A stretch of 64,000 nucleotides of DNA, from the NCBI GenBank assembly GCA_965116495.1, contig OZ220696.1, positions 3,136,001 through 3,200,000 on the forward strand, written 5' to 3'. Source of the DNA: Gammaproteobacteria bacterium. GTDB taxonomy: Bacteria > Pseudomonadota > Gammaproteobacteria > Eutrophobiales > Eutrophobiaceae. A program made the translations under genes and the position numbers. Positions 27,419-36,786 of the stretch are shown piece after piece. The number at the start of each line of letters is the position of its first letter. Within the stretch, counting starts at the first letter, position 1. The notes under the pieces are model-generated. The model did no database searches. It was not told where the DNA came from and worked only from the letters and a program-made list of their open reading frames with translations.

Positions 27419-30400
27419 TCAAACGCCCACTCGCGCCAGCCGCGCAACAACGGGAAGTAAAGACCGAGCCGGATGGGCCTGTCCTCCAGGCCTGACATAA
27501 TGACGGCGTATTTGTCCAGTTGCCCCCGGTAGCGCTCCTGCTGCAGGTCCAGGAACTGCTCGATATCGCCGGATTCGTGCCGGGAGGTCTTGTAGTCGAC
27601 GATCCAGCGGCTGCCTTTCTCGTCAATAAAAGTTCTGTCGATAACAATATTGACGACATCGCCCTGGTAAATACCGCTGAGGGCGTATTCGCTGGCCTGT
27701 TCCCGGTGGCCGGCCAGTAACCAGCGGCCGCGGGGATCCGCCAGAATCCCCGTCAGGGCCTGCTCCACCCAGTTGCAGGCCGTATCCAGTTCCGCTTCAG
27801 GAACGCCGAGACTGTACAGGGATTCCCGGTTGCAGGATCGTTGGGCAACTATTTTTTCAGTGCTCCATTGGTCGATCCCTGCCGTTGCCATCACCTGCAG
27901 ACAGCGGTGTACGACGGTACCGGCGTGCCTGATGGTTCGTCCGGCCCACTGGTATTCGATCCCGCGGTCTCCAGTGTCGGGGTCTGCCTGTGCTGGCTCG
28001 GGCAGGGACGACGTGATCCAGCGCGGCGCGGGTGGTGGCGGTAACTGCCAGTCTGCGCTCAATCTTCGCAAGCGCGCGTCATGAACTTCGCCGGGTGGTG
28101 ACTCCTGTTCCGCCGTTAACGTCTGATTTGCAAGGTATGTCTGGTATTCCTGCTCGACCGCGGGCCAGAGTTGTCCCAGCAGGGTATTGCCGGGGGGGGG
28201 TGACAGTGCGCCGTTTTTGTCCGTATTCACGCTGCCAATCAGGTGCAGTTGTTTGCGCGCCCGGGTAGCCGCTACGTACAGCAGGCGGCCCTCTTCATGG
28301 CGTTGTTTCTGCTTCTCCAGGCTGTTGATGAAATTATAGATGGACGAGTTGTCTTCATGGCTTGCCCTGACCGGCGCCAGCAACAGGTCGGAACCGGACG
28401 GGTAAGGATTTTCCGACCAGAGCAACAACTGTGGGGCGTCGCTGCCACTGCGCCTGGACAGGCCAGGCAGTATTACGTGGTCGAATTCCAGGCCCTTCGC
28501 CTTGTGGATGGACATAACCTGCAGGGAGTCGTCCGCCTGGATATCGGCGCCGGCGTACAGGGTTTCCACCCGTTCGACAAGCTCATTCAGGCTACGCAGG
28601 TCGCCGCCGGCGTCAAGTTCATCCAGCAGGTCGAAAAACATATCGACATCGTGCAAATCGGTGACTGATTCCAGGGTTGCCGGGCCGCCCAGGTTAATCC
28701 AGGCGCCCTTCACCCAGCGCCGTAACGGCATTCTGCCGCGCCGGGTGAGCGCCTGTTCGAGTACCTCGCAAACACGGGCCGCCCGCTGCTGGCCGTCCGC
28801 GCCCAGGGAGGCCCTTTGCTGCCTGTCTTGCAGGCTGTGCCAGATAGTGTCATACCTGGTGTCCGCGCCCAGTGCCAACAGGTCCGCCAGGTTCAACCCG
28901 CACCAGGGCGCGCGCAGCAGCGCCAGCCAGGCGACGCGGTCGGCCGGATGGTGCAGGGCGCGGGTCAGCGCCAGCAGGTCCTGGATAGCGGGCCGGTTTT
29001 CCAGGCGTTCAATCTCAACAGCGCGAAAACGCAACCCGGCCCGGGTCAGTAGCGGGGTAATGGTCTGCAGGTGGTTACGGTTCCGCACCAGTATGGCGAT
29101 GCTCTCCGACTGCGCGGCATTCCGTATGGCAATGACCTGGTCCAGCACACGTTGCGCTTCCCCGCTGTCGTCCCGGCCCAGGATGGGGTGTACCTGCACC
29201 CTGTTTTCTCCCTCGTGCGGATGATGCGCGCTTGCCGGGGTAAAACTGACTGCCCCGCGCACCGGGTCGGACTCGGCCGGCAGCGCCGCCGGGAAAGCCC
29301 TGTTGACCCAATCCACGAGGGACCGGTCGGAGCGAAAGTTGACCTCGATAGACACCGGTTCGATGGGCGTCTGTCCCAGGCGCCGTTCGAACCAGATATT
29401 CAGGAACAACCCCACTTCAGCGTCCCTGAAGCGATAGATTGACTGCATGGGATCGCCTACCAGGAACAGGCTGTGGCCATCGTCCATGGCCCAGCCGCCG
29501 GTCATCCTCTTCAGTAATTCATACTGGTTGATGGAAACATCCTGGAACTCGTCCACCAGGATATGGCGGATGCGGTAATCCAGGTACAGCGCCAGGTCGG
29601 TCGGGTCTTCCTCTGGCCCCAATGCCTGCAAGGCCGCCAGGGAGCTACCGGTGAAATCCACCTGGTTGCGTTCGGCAAACAGCCGGTACAGTTCGGCGTT
29701 GGCCAGTTTCAGCAACCTGTATAATGCTTCGATCACACGCCACTCGTCATCCCTGTAGACGGTACGCGGCAACCCGCGTATTTCCAGGAACAATTCAAGT
29801 AGCCGTTCACTATCCCCGAACCGGCTTAACAAACTTTGAAACCGGTGTTTCATACCTTTGCCCGCAGCGCCCGGCGGAAATCCTTCCCTGATGCTCAGGC
29901 GTTTACGCCAGTCACCTTTCCCGCTCAGGCACAGGGAGACGATAAACTGCCAGCATTGCAGGTTGCCGGGGCCGGGTAACTCGTCGATAATACGGGGGGC
30001 GTCAGCCAGGTTATTCGTAGCAAAATGAAGACAACCGGTAAACTCCGGGATCAATTCCTGTGGCAATGCCTCCAGGCAGTCTGTGAGCGTGGCTTCCACG
30101 ATATGTCCCAGCGCTTGTTCCAGCATGCTACGTTCAGGCAGTTCGCCTGCCAGGAGGCGGCGCAACCACTGGTCGCGTTTTTGCAGCATGGAAACCAGCA
30201 TGTCCCTGACCCGGGGCAGGTCGTTATCCAGGTGCGCCAGCAGCGTCCCGACGGCTGTGCTCCATTGTGCCTGCGTTTCGTCCTGCATGTTGTTATCCAG
30301 CAGTGCCAGCGTATTGGCTGCTGCCTCCCGGTACAGGTCGCCGGCGTCCTCAATGATCTCCGGCAGTCCCCCCAGCTTCGATAACACAGGCATTTGCTGG

Positions 30401-30789
30401 GTTAATCCGGCGCAGAAGGAATCGATAGTCTGGATCTTCATACGGGCAGGGTTCTGTATGAGTTGCCAGCCGAGTTCCTTGTCCCTGTCCAGGGCCCGGG
30501 CGGCCAGTTGCCGGCGGGTTTCCGTGTTCACGTTCCGGCTTTCGCTGTTACCGTGGGCGTCAGACCCGGCCAGATCCAGGGCTGAAATAATCCTGCCGCG
30601 CATTTCGGTAGCCGCCTTGCGGGTGAAGGTGATGGCAATGATTTCTTCCGGCGCTGCAACCACGGACAGCAGGCGCAGGTAGCGCCTGACCAGCAGTTCG
30701 GTCTTGCCGGAACCGGCGGGCGCCTGGACAATAAACGATTTATCCGGGGCTAATACCCGTTCCCGGGTTTCCTGGTCAACCGGATTCAT
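27415..30789 (-). CDS. addA: AddA-like UvrD helicase / PD-(D/E)XK nuclease
   Basis: QAPAGSGKT, TFTRKAA, LVDEFQD, VGDPMQSIYRFR, SIHKAKGLEF, LYVAATRA, C-terminal IDR..IVDYKT..QL..Y. Confidence 0.9.
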   Translation of the reverse strand: MNPVDQETRERVLAPDKSFIVQAPAGSGKTELLVRRYLRLLSVVAAPEEIIAITFTRKAATEMRGRIISALDLAGSDAHGNSESRNVNTETRRQLAARALDRDKELGWQLIQNPARMKIQTIDSFCAGLTQQMPVLSKLGGLPEIIEDAGDLYREAAANTLALLDNNMQDETQAQWSTAVGTLLAHLDNDLPRVRDMLVSMLQKRDQWLRRLLAGELPERSMLEQALGHIVEATLTDCLEALPQELIPEFTGCLHFATNNLADAPRIIDELPGPGNLQCWQFIVSLCLSGKGDWRKRLSIREGFPPGAAGKGMKHRFQSLLSRFGDSERLLELFLEIRGLPRTVYRDDEWRVIEALYRLLKLANAELYRLFAERNQVDFTGSSLAALQALGPEEDPTDLALYLDYRIRHILVDEFQDVSINQYELLKRMTGGWAMDDGHSLFLVGDPMQSIYRFRDAEVGLFLNIWFERRLGQTPIEPVSIEVNFRSDRSLVDWVNRAFPAALPAESDPVRGAVSFTPASAHHPHEGENRVQVHPILGRDDSGEAQRVLDQVIAIRNAAQSESIAILVRNRNHLQTITPLLTRAGLRFRAVEIERLENRPAIQDLLALTRALHHPADRVAWLALLRAPWCGLNLADLLALGADTRYDTIWHSLQDRQQRASLGADGQQRAARVCEVLEQALTRRGRMPLRRWVKGAWINLGGPATLESVTDLHDVDMFFDLLDELDAGGDLRSLNELVERVETLYAGADIQADDSLQVMSIHKAKGLEFDHVILPGLSRRSGSDAPQLLLWSENPYPSGSDLLLAPVRASHEDNSSIYNFINSLEKQKQRHEEGRLLYVAATRARKQLHLIGSVNTDKNGALSPPPGNTLLGQLWPAVEQEYQTYLANQTLTAEQESPPGEVHDARLRRLSADWQLPPPPAPRWITSSLPEPAQADPDTGDRGIEYQWAGRTIRHAGTVVHRCLQVMATAGIDQWSTEKIVAQRSCNRESLYSLGVPEAELDTACNWVEQALTGILADPRGRWLLAGHREQASEYALSGIYQGDVVNIVIDRTFIDEKGSRWIVDYKTSRHESGDIEQFLDLQQERYRGQLDKYAVIMSGLEDRPIRLGLYFPLLRGWREWAFE

Positions 30790-30832
30790 CGCAGTGCTTG
30801 CCGTCCGCCGGAACTGCGGTCTTTGTCCTTAA

Positions 30833-33586
30833 TCATTTCGTTTCCCCGGCGCCGTGCGGGATGTTACGGGATACCTCGTGAATGCGGCACAAGGGCTGTT
30901 GTTCACACCAGTCGCAGGCCCTGGGCGTGGGGGTGACCGTGGCCACACCCTGGCGAAATTCGGTCGCCAGGTCCTGTAATACGGCGCGCCAGTTGTCCTG
31001 CAGTCCTGCCCAGTCCGGGGGCGTACCGGTTGCCTGTTTGTCGCGCTGGAGAATAAATCCTGCCGCGCGACGGTCCTGTTCAAAAGCCTTGATCCCCGGC
31101 AGGATGCCTTCTGACTCTGCCAGACCGGCGAAGCCGAAATCCTTGCCGCGCTTGAGCCTGGCGAAGGCGACGGCAGCGACGGTTTCATCGTGGGTGACGC
31201 TGTACAAGGGCATTTGCGGCTCGTCCGGCCGGTCTCCCGCCCAGCCAGTAACGTTAGCCCTCCCGCTTTTGTAATCGATGACCACACGCCGCCCGTCCGC
31301 CAGCGCGTCGACGCGGTCCAGCCGGGCGGAAAACTCCACACCGGCGATGGCAAACCGGGCATTATCCTCCAGGTTCACAACGGTAAACGGTGCGCGCTGC
31401 AGTTCCAGTTCCAGCCACTCGCGCAGGACCTGCGCCAGACGCCTGGACTCGATGGCGGAGAAACGTTCGGAATAGAGCCCGGGTTGACGCTTGCGGCAGG
31501 CCGTGATCACCTTGTGTACCTGGGATTCGATCAATTCTTCCCGCTCCCCTGCCGTCATGGCCGCGAGTTCCTGCCGGCTCTTCAGCCGGGACCAGGTAGT
31601 TTCCAGGAGTTGATGCAGGAGATTGCCGCGCTCCATCGGGTCCGGTCCGATATCGGGCTGTTCCAGTTGCCTGGAGTGTAAACGATGCCGGGCAAATGCC
31701 CGGAACGGGCATTGTGACTGGTCCTTGAACAGGGACGCGCCGCCACTGTGCAGGCCGCTGACGGATGGTGCCTCGGTATCCGTTATCGTTTCGATTTTCC
31801 TGCTGTTGAAGATCACCTGCGGGTACGTCGCAGTGTGCAGGTTCTGCACCGTTTCCTCTTCGTGTGCCTGTGCGCTTGCATGGCCGTCCGTTGCAGCTGT
31901 CTTTGTGACGGCAAGCGCAGGCAGTCCCCGTAACAATGGACTTGGCAGGAGTGGTCTGTCCCCTTCCATACGGGCATGGCTCAGGATAATCCGCGGCGTA
32001 GATCGCACCAGTGTCTCCTGCAGGTGTCTTGCCTGCCGCAGGGAACTGTCCGCATCGGCGTCAGGCATACCGTACTTTTTCTGTAATGCAATGGGGATGT
32101 AGGGGTTGGGCCGGGTCCGGGGCGGCCAGGACTCCTCGCTCAACCCCAGCATCCAGATGTGGTCGAAAGCCATGGCGGCCGCTCCGTGAGGGTCGAGCAC
32201 CTGTATCGGGGTTTCAGCGGTTTCCGGCTGGAAACTGGTGCCGTCGATGATACGGCGGACATGGGACAGCGCCTCCGAACGCGCCATGAGCGGCCGCACC
32301 AGGCGCAATGAAACAAGGCTGTCCAGTGCTGCCTGCCAGGATTGCAGTTGCTGGTATTCGGCGCTGTCCGGGCTTCGATCTCCGGGCCAGCCCCAGACTT
32401 CCAGCAAACGGGTAAAAGCCCCGGCCCAGACTTCCGGCGCCTGCCGTCCCGACACTTCTTCCAGCACTGACCGGGTTTCGTGCAGTAGCGCCGTCAGGAC
32501 CGGGATGGGTTGTCCCCTGTTGCCGGTTTGATCCACCAGGTAAAGCAACTCATCCCAGCTTAGCCTGAGCTGTTTACGGGAACGGAGTTTTTCATCCAGT
32601 AATGCGCGTCCCGAGCGTTCCGTCTCATGGCCCTTGATAAACGGCGTGCGCAACAGAATACCCAGAGTCTCCAGTGTCAGCGGCCCCTTGTTCAGCCCGA
32701 TGAGGGGACAAATTGCATAGATAAGTGGATAATCCGTCAGCGGTTGCCCAACGGAGATATTGAAGGGAAGGGAGGCGGATGCGTTGCGGTAGTCCAGGTT
32801 TCCGGGCGCCAGCACGTCCTCGAATACAGTGTGGATACGGTTGCGCTGCTTGCGCAAGTCAGGCGTGATAATGCCGATAGTTGCGCCACCGGTTGCTTCA
32901 ATGCGCCGCCCGGCCCAGGTGGCGGCTGCGCGTAGTTCTTCGTTGGTATCGGCAAAATCCGCGCCCTGCGCGGAACCATTCCGGTCTTCCACCTGGTATT
33001 CCCGCACGCAAATCCCGGCAGCCTCCAGTCCCTTGCATAACAGGGCCTGTTGCGGGGTTAAGCGGTCAAATCCGGCCAATACCACCGTGCTGCCGAAGAC
33101 GCCCGGGCCGCTGGCCGCATCATGACGAAGCAGGTCGGCCAGTGATGCGTTGTCCACCCAGCGTTTCTGCCGGCACTGGGACCGGTACTCATCCGCCCAG
33201 GACTTGAAGGCGCCGGTATCCTCGTTCATGACGATGCCTTCGGGAAAAATCGGGACGTTGTATTGTTTCAGGCGCTGCCAGGCTGCGGCGGCCTGTCCTG
33301 CCACCGAGGGGACCTGCAACAGGCTGTTTTTGTGGCTGGACGCGTCAATGATCTGCTGCCAGAGGACGGTTTCCTGTTCCGTGGTCAGCAGGATGTCGGT
33401 CCGTTCCAGGCGGGACTCCCGGACGCGCCGCAGCCAGCCCTGCCAGGGCAGTATATCCGGTGTCTCCCAGGCGCGCCGTCCCAGGCGTAACTGTTCCCGG
33501 GCATACCGGCGTTTGAAACGATGCGCCAATCGCACGTTGGCGCAGACCACGGTATGACCGCGCTCAATGTGCTCGTTAACCCGCAT
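30833..33586 (-). CDS. addB: AddB-like inactivated helicase with PD-(D/E)XK nuclease and Fe-S staple
   Basis: CPFRAF, RGNLLH, RLDRVD..VIDYKSG, QMPLY and CDWCEQQPLC (four Fe-S Cys); lies directly upstream of addA. Confidence 0.85.
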   Translation of the reverse strand: MRVNEHIERGHTVVCANVRLAHRFKRRYAREQLRLGRRAWETPDILPWQGWLRRVRESRLERTDILLTTEQETVLWQQIIDASSHKNSLLQVPSVAGQAAAAWQRLKQYNVPIFPEGIVMNEDTGAFKSWADEYRSQCRQKRWVDNASLADLLRHDAASGPGVFGSTVVLAGFDRLTPQQALLCKGLEAAGICVREYQVEDRNGSAQGADFADTNEELRAAATWAGRRIEATGGATIGIITPDLRKQRNRIHTVFEDVLAPGNLDYRNASASLPFNISVGQPLTDYPLIYAICPLIGLNKGPLTLETLGILLRTPFIKGHETERSGRALLDEKLRSRKQLRLSWDELLYLVDQTGNRGQPIPVLTALLHETRSVLEEVSGRQAPEVWAGAFTRLLEVWGWPGDRSPDSAEYQQLQSWQAALDSLVSLRLVRPLMARSEALSHVRRIIDGTSFQPETAETPIQVLDPHGAAAMAFDHIWMLGLSEESWPPRTRPNPYIPIALQKKYGMPDADADSSLRQARHLQETLVRSTPRIILSHARMEGDRPLLPSPLLRGLPALAVTKTAATDGHASAQAHEEETVQNLHTATYPQVIFNSRKIETITDTEAPSVSGLHSGGASLFKDQSQCPFRAFARHRLHSRQLEQPDIGPDPMERGNLLHQLLETTWSRLKSRQELAAMTAGEREELIESQVHKVITACRKRQPGLYSERFSAIESRRLAQVLREWLELELQRAPFTVVNLEDNARFAIAGVEFSARLDRVDALADGRRVVIDYKSGRANVTGWAGDRPDEPQMPLYSVTHDETVAAVAFARLKRGKDFGFAGLAESEGILPGIKAFEQDRRAAGFILQRDKQATGTPPDWAGLQDNWRAVLQDLATEFRQGVATVTPTPRACDWCEQQPLCRIHEVSRNIPHGAGETK

Positions 33587-33587
33587 T

Positions 33588-34367
33588 TTACTCGGAAAGT
33601 CTGCGAGCCAGGGACTTCAGTTTGGTTATCCGTTCGATGGAAGACGGGTGTGAACCTGAAAACCCGCCGGATAAGTGCCTGGTCTTCTTATATACCATCT
33701 CCTGCAGGCGCACGGCCCCGGCGGGATCGTAGCCGGCCTCAACCGCCCAGATTGCGCCCAGGTAGTCTGCCTCCCGTTCATTATCACGGCTGTATTTCGT
33801 ATTGCTGGCAGTCCTGATGTCCTGCCTGCCCCTGGTTTTATGATCCTCTCCGTGGTCCAGCTTCAGGTGTCCCAACTCATGGCCGATCAAGGCGGCGGCC
33901 ATGTGTACATCCAGGCCAAGCAGGTCAAGCATGGCAAAGTTAATCCCGACGATATTTATCTCAATAGCATTTTCTTCATCTATCGGCTTTGTGTCTTCGA
34001 TAGAATCCCCTTGCAGGCTCACTTCCTTGCCCTCGCCGGTTGCCTCACCGGTATTCTCTGCGCCTGCTGGTATCAGTTCAGCCATGCCTTTGGTGGCAAA
34101 AGCATTGGGCTGTTTTCCATCTGTAATGATGAGTTGTGACCTGAGTTCCGAGACCTCCTCAATCGCCTGGATTACCGAATAGAGATAGATAATCTGTTTA
34201 ACGTCAATACGCTTGAGGAGCCTGTTTTTATTATCGCGTAACTCAACGGTCTCCGCGTTTGTCCTGGCAAGGTCTTCAATCCTCCATGTGTAGCTGAACG
34301 GTGCGGCGAAACTATGGCTCATTGTCAAAAATGCCAGACATCCAATCATGATAGTCTGTTTGCTCAT
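33588..34367 (-). CDS. Exported M48-family metallopeptidase
   Basis: Signal peptide, PNAFA, GHELGH, YSRDNEREAD, SHPSSIERI. Confidence 0.88.
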   Translation of the reverse strand: MSKQTIMIGCLAFLTMSHSFAAPFSYTWRIEDLARTNAETVELRDNKNRLLKRIDVKQIIYLYSVIQAIEEVSELRSQLIITDGKQPNAFATKGMAELIPAGAENTGEATGEGKEVSLQGDSIEDTKPIDEENAIEINIVGINFAMLDLLGLDVHMAAALIGHELGHLKLDHGEDHKTRGRQDIRTASNTKYSRDNEREADYLGAIWAVEAGYDPAGAVRLQEMVYKKTRHLSGGFSGSHPSSIERITKLKSLARRLSE

Positions 34368-34672
34368 GGACGAAATTCCTCGTTGCCGTTATCAGGTACA
34401 GGCAGTCATAAAGTATAAACCGTTAGAGGACACAAATGAATCAGTAGTTCCCCTGTCTCCGTTGAACAAAGTGCCGCACTCGTTAATCTGGTTAAGATGA
34501 TCTAACCCTGTGATGCCCGTTCTTGCCACGTTGCCGTCTATCCCCTATTATTCTCCGACAGGGTTCCGGGAACAAATACCAGCAGTTCCTGTCCAAATCT
34601 GAGGCCGGGAGTAGTATACGCAGCACGAGTTTGCATTATAATTAATCAGCTACGGCCATATAAAATAAACTT

Positions 34673-35596
34673 ATGAATTACTCGGATAGACCAAGCGGGA
34701 AGTTACGCTGTTTTATGGTATTTGCCGCGCTGGTATTTGTTACTGCTTGTAAGACGACACCCACCGTTCGTTCGTCAGGCCCCCCGGGCTCACCCGGCTC
34801 GCCGGGGTCGCCGGGCACGTCCGGACCATCCATACAGGTCGAAGCACCGGGCATGCCGGGAGTACCTGGAGTGCCCGGAGTACCGGGAGCGCCCGCGCCC
34901 GGCACAGGTAGCGCGCAGGGGGCACCGGAGCCAGGCGCGATCACCGTACCCGTTCAGCAACCCGGGTCAGCGTCCGGTAAAACCGGCGGCGTTCCTTCCA
35001 CGGCCCAATCCGGAAAGAATCAGAAGCCGGCCAGGTCTGGCGCCACTGCGGGAACCGGACGGGAAAAGACTGAAGATGAAATCCTGGCCGAAGCCTTGCA
35101 GGAACTCAATAAAAGGCGTGAACCGGAGCAACAGGGTGAAGGTGTCGCCGGGCAAATGCCCCAGGCGAGCGCGGCTGGCCCGGCAAGGACTGATGACGAG
35201 AAGAAACAGGCACTCGGTAATGAGCTGGAACAGGGTCTTGCGGAATTCGACCAACTGATGCTGAGTGAGCAGCAGGCTATCAATGAACAAGCCGACCAGG
35301 AAGGGTACGGCGGTTTCCTTGAAGGCGATGAATTTCCCGCAGAGGGCGACCCTGCACAGGGCACAGGGGAGGAGCCATTGCAAACGGCGATGGTCGATCC
35401 TGATCCTGTGTCCATCAAGGGCGAGGGGAATATCCCGACCAGAAGCCACAGCCGGATCCCTCCGGACCTGGCCGATGCCAAGGGAGACGATATCATCGCC
35501 CGCCAACTCCGCGAAGCCGCCATGAAAGAACAGGATCCCGAGTTAAGGGAAAAACTCTGGGATGAATATCGTAAATACAAGCGAGAGTTAAGATGA
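34673..35596 (+). CDS. Pro/Gly-rich putative lipoprotein with helical C-terminal domain
   Basis: Lipobox VTAC; (G-X-P)n runs; C-terminus DDIIARQLREAAMKEQDPELREKLWDEYRKYK; overlaps the next gene (ATGA). Confidence 0.75.
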   Translation: MNYSDRPSGKLRCFMVFAALVFVTACKTTPTVRSSGPPGSPGSPGSPGTSGPSIQVEAPGMPGVPGVPGVPGAPAPGTGSAQGAPEPGAITVPVQQPGSASGKTGGVPSTAQSGKNQKPARSGATAGTGREKTEDEILAEALQELNKRREPEQQGEGVAGQMPQASAAGPARTDDEKKQALGNELEQGLAEFDQLMLSEQQAINEQADQEGYGGFLEGDEFPAEGDPAQGTGEEPLQTAMVDPDPVSIKGEGNIPTRSHSRIPPDLADAKGDDIIARQLREAAMKEQDPELREKLWDEYRKYKRELR

Positions 35597-36786
35597 ATCC
35601 AAGTTATGTAAAACTGGTTACGGCAGTTGTTTCACTGTGTTTCGGCCTGGTCGGCTGTAACACGACCACGGTAAAGTCGGCCAGCTATGAGACGGTGGTG
35701 CTGGAATCGGAAGTTACACCGGAAGAATTATTGCTGGACGTGGGCGTTGGTATTTTCAATCCTGGAACTGACGCCATAAGCGTTGAGGAAGAAGGTGTGT
35801 TTCCTAAAATACGCGCAGCCGAGGCGCGTTTTATGCCGTACAAGCTGATGGAAACCCTGCAGCATACGGGTAACTGGGGCGTAGTGCGGGTGATTCCGGA
35901 CCGGTTGAGCGAAATGGATGTCTGGGTAGATGGTGAAATCCTGAAATCGGACGGTGAAAACCTCTGGTTGCAGGTAACGGTGGAAGACTCTACAGGGAAG
36001 CGTTGGTTCAGTAAAAAGTATACGGGATTGGCCGGCAAGTACTCGTATGATGGTACGACGGCAGGCCGCAGCGAACCGTTCCAGAAGGTTTATAACCAGG
36101 TCGCAAACGATATGCTGGCTTATCGCAACCAGTTCAATGCCGCGGAAATCAGGAATATAAGAACCGTTGCCGAACTGAAGTTCGCCAGGGACTTTTCTGC
36201 GGAAGTGTTCCATGATCACCTGGGCGTCAATGAAAAGGGGCGTTATTTCGTTAAACGCCTGCCCGCGGACGGAGACCCGGGTATGCAGCAGATTCGTCAG
36301 ATCCGGGAACGTGATTATATATTCGTCGACACGCTGCAGCAGTATTATACCTCGTTCGTCAACCAGATGGAGGATCCGTACCGGGAGTGGCGCGAGGCCT
36401 TCTACCTGGAAAGTCAGGCATTGAAGGAGGTCAAGTCCGAATCGAATGCCCGTCTGATCGGTGGCGCCCTGGCAGTACTGGCCGGGATACTGGCCCAGGG
36501 GGTTGACAGTCGTACTGCGCGGACAGCCGGCTGGGTAGGCATAGGCGCCGGCGCTGCCGCAATTCAAAGCGGCCTGCAGAAGCGTGAAGAAGCCAAAATT
36601 CACGTTGAAGCCCTGGAAGAAGTTTCAGCGTCACTCGATTCTGAGATTGAACCACACTCCATAGACCTGGAGGACCGCACGGTCACTCTTTCCGGTTCGG
36701 TAAACGAGCAGTACGGTCAATGGCGCCGCATATTGAAAGAAATTCATGCAACGGAAACGGGGTCAGCCACTGACACCGGCAAATGA
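35593..36786 (+). CDS. Putative lipoprotein with glycine-zipper hairpin
   Basis: Lipobox LVGC; C-terminal GGALAVLAGILAQG...AGWVGIGAGAAA hydrophobic Gly-rich pair; translationally coupled on both sides. Confidence 0.78.
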   Translation: MNPSYVKLVTAVVSLCFGLVGCNTTTVKSASYETVVLESEVTPEELLLDVGVGIFNPGTDAISVEEEGVFPKIRAAEARFMPYKLMETLQHTGNWGVVRVIPDRLSEMDVWVDGEILKSDGENLWLQVTVEDSTGKRWFSKKYTGLAGKYSYDGTTAGRSEPFQKVYNQVANDMLAYRNQFNAAEIRNIRTVAELKFARDFSAEVFHDHLGVNEKGRYFVKRLPADGDPGMQQIRQIRERDYIFVDTLQQYYTSFVNQMEDPYREWREAFYLESQALKEVKSESNARLIGGALAVLAGILAQGVDSRTARTAGWVGIGAGAAAIQSGLQKREEAKIHVEALEEVSASLDSEIEPHSIDLEDRTVTLSGSVNEQYGQWRRILKEIHATETGSATDTGK

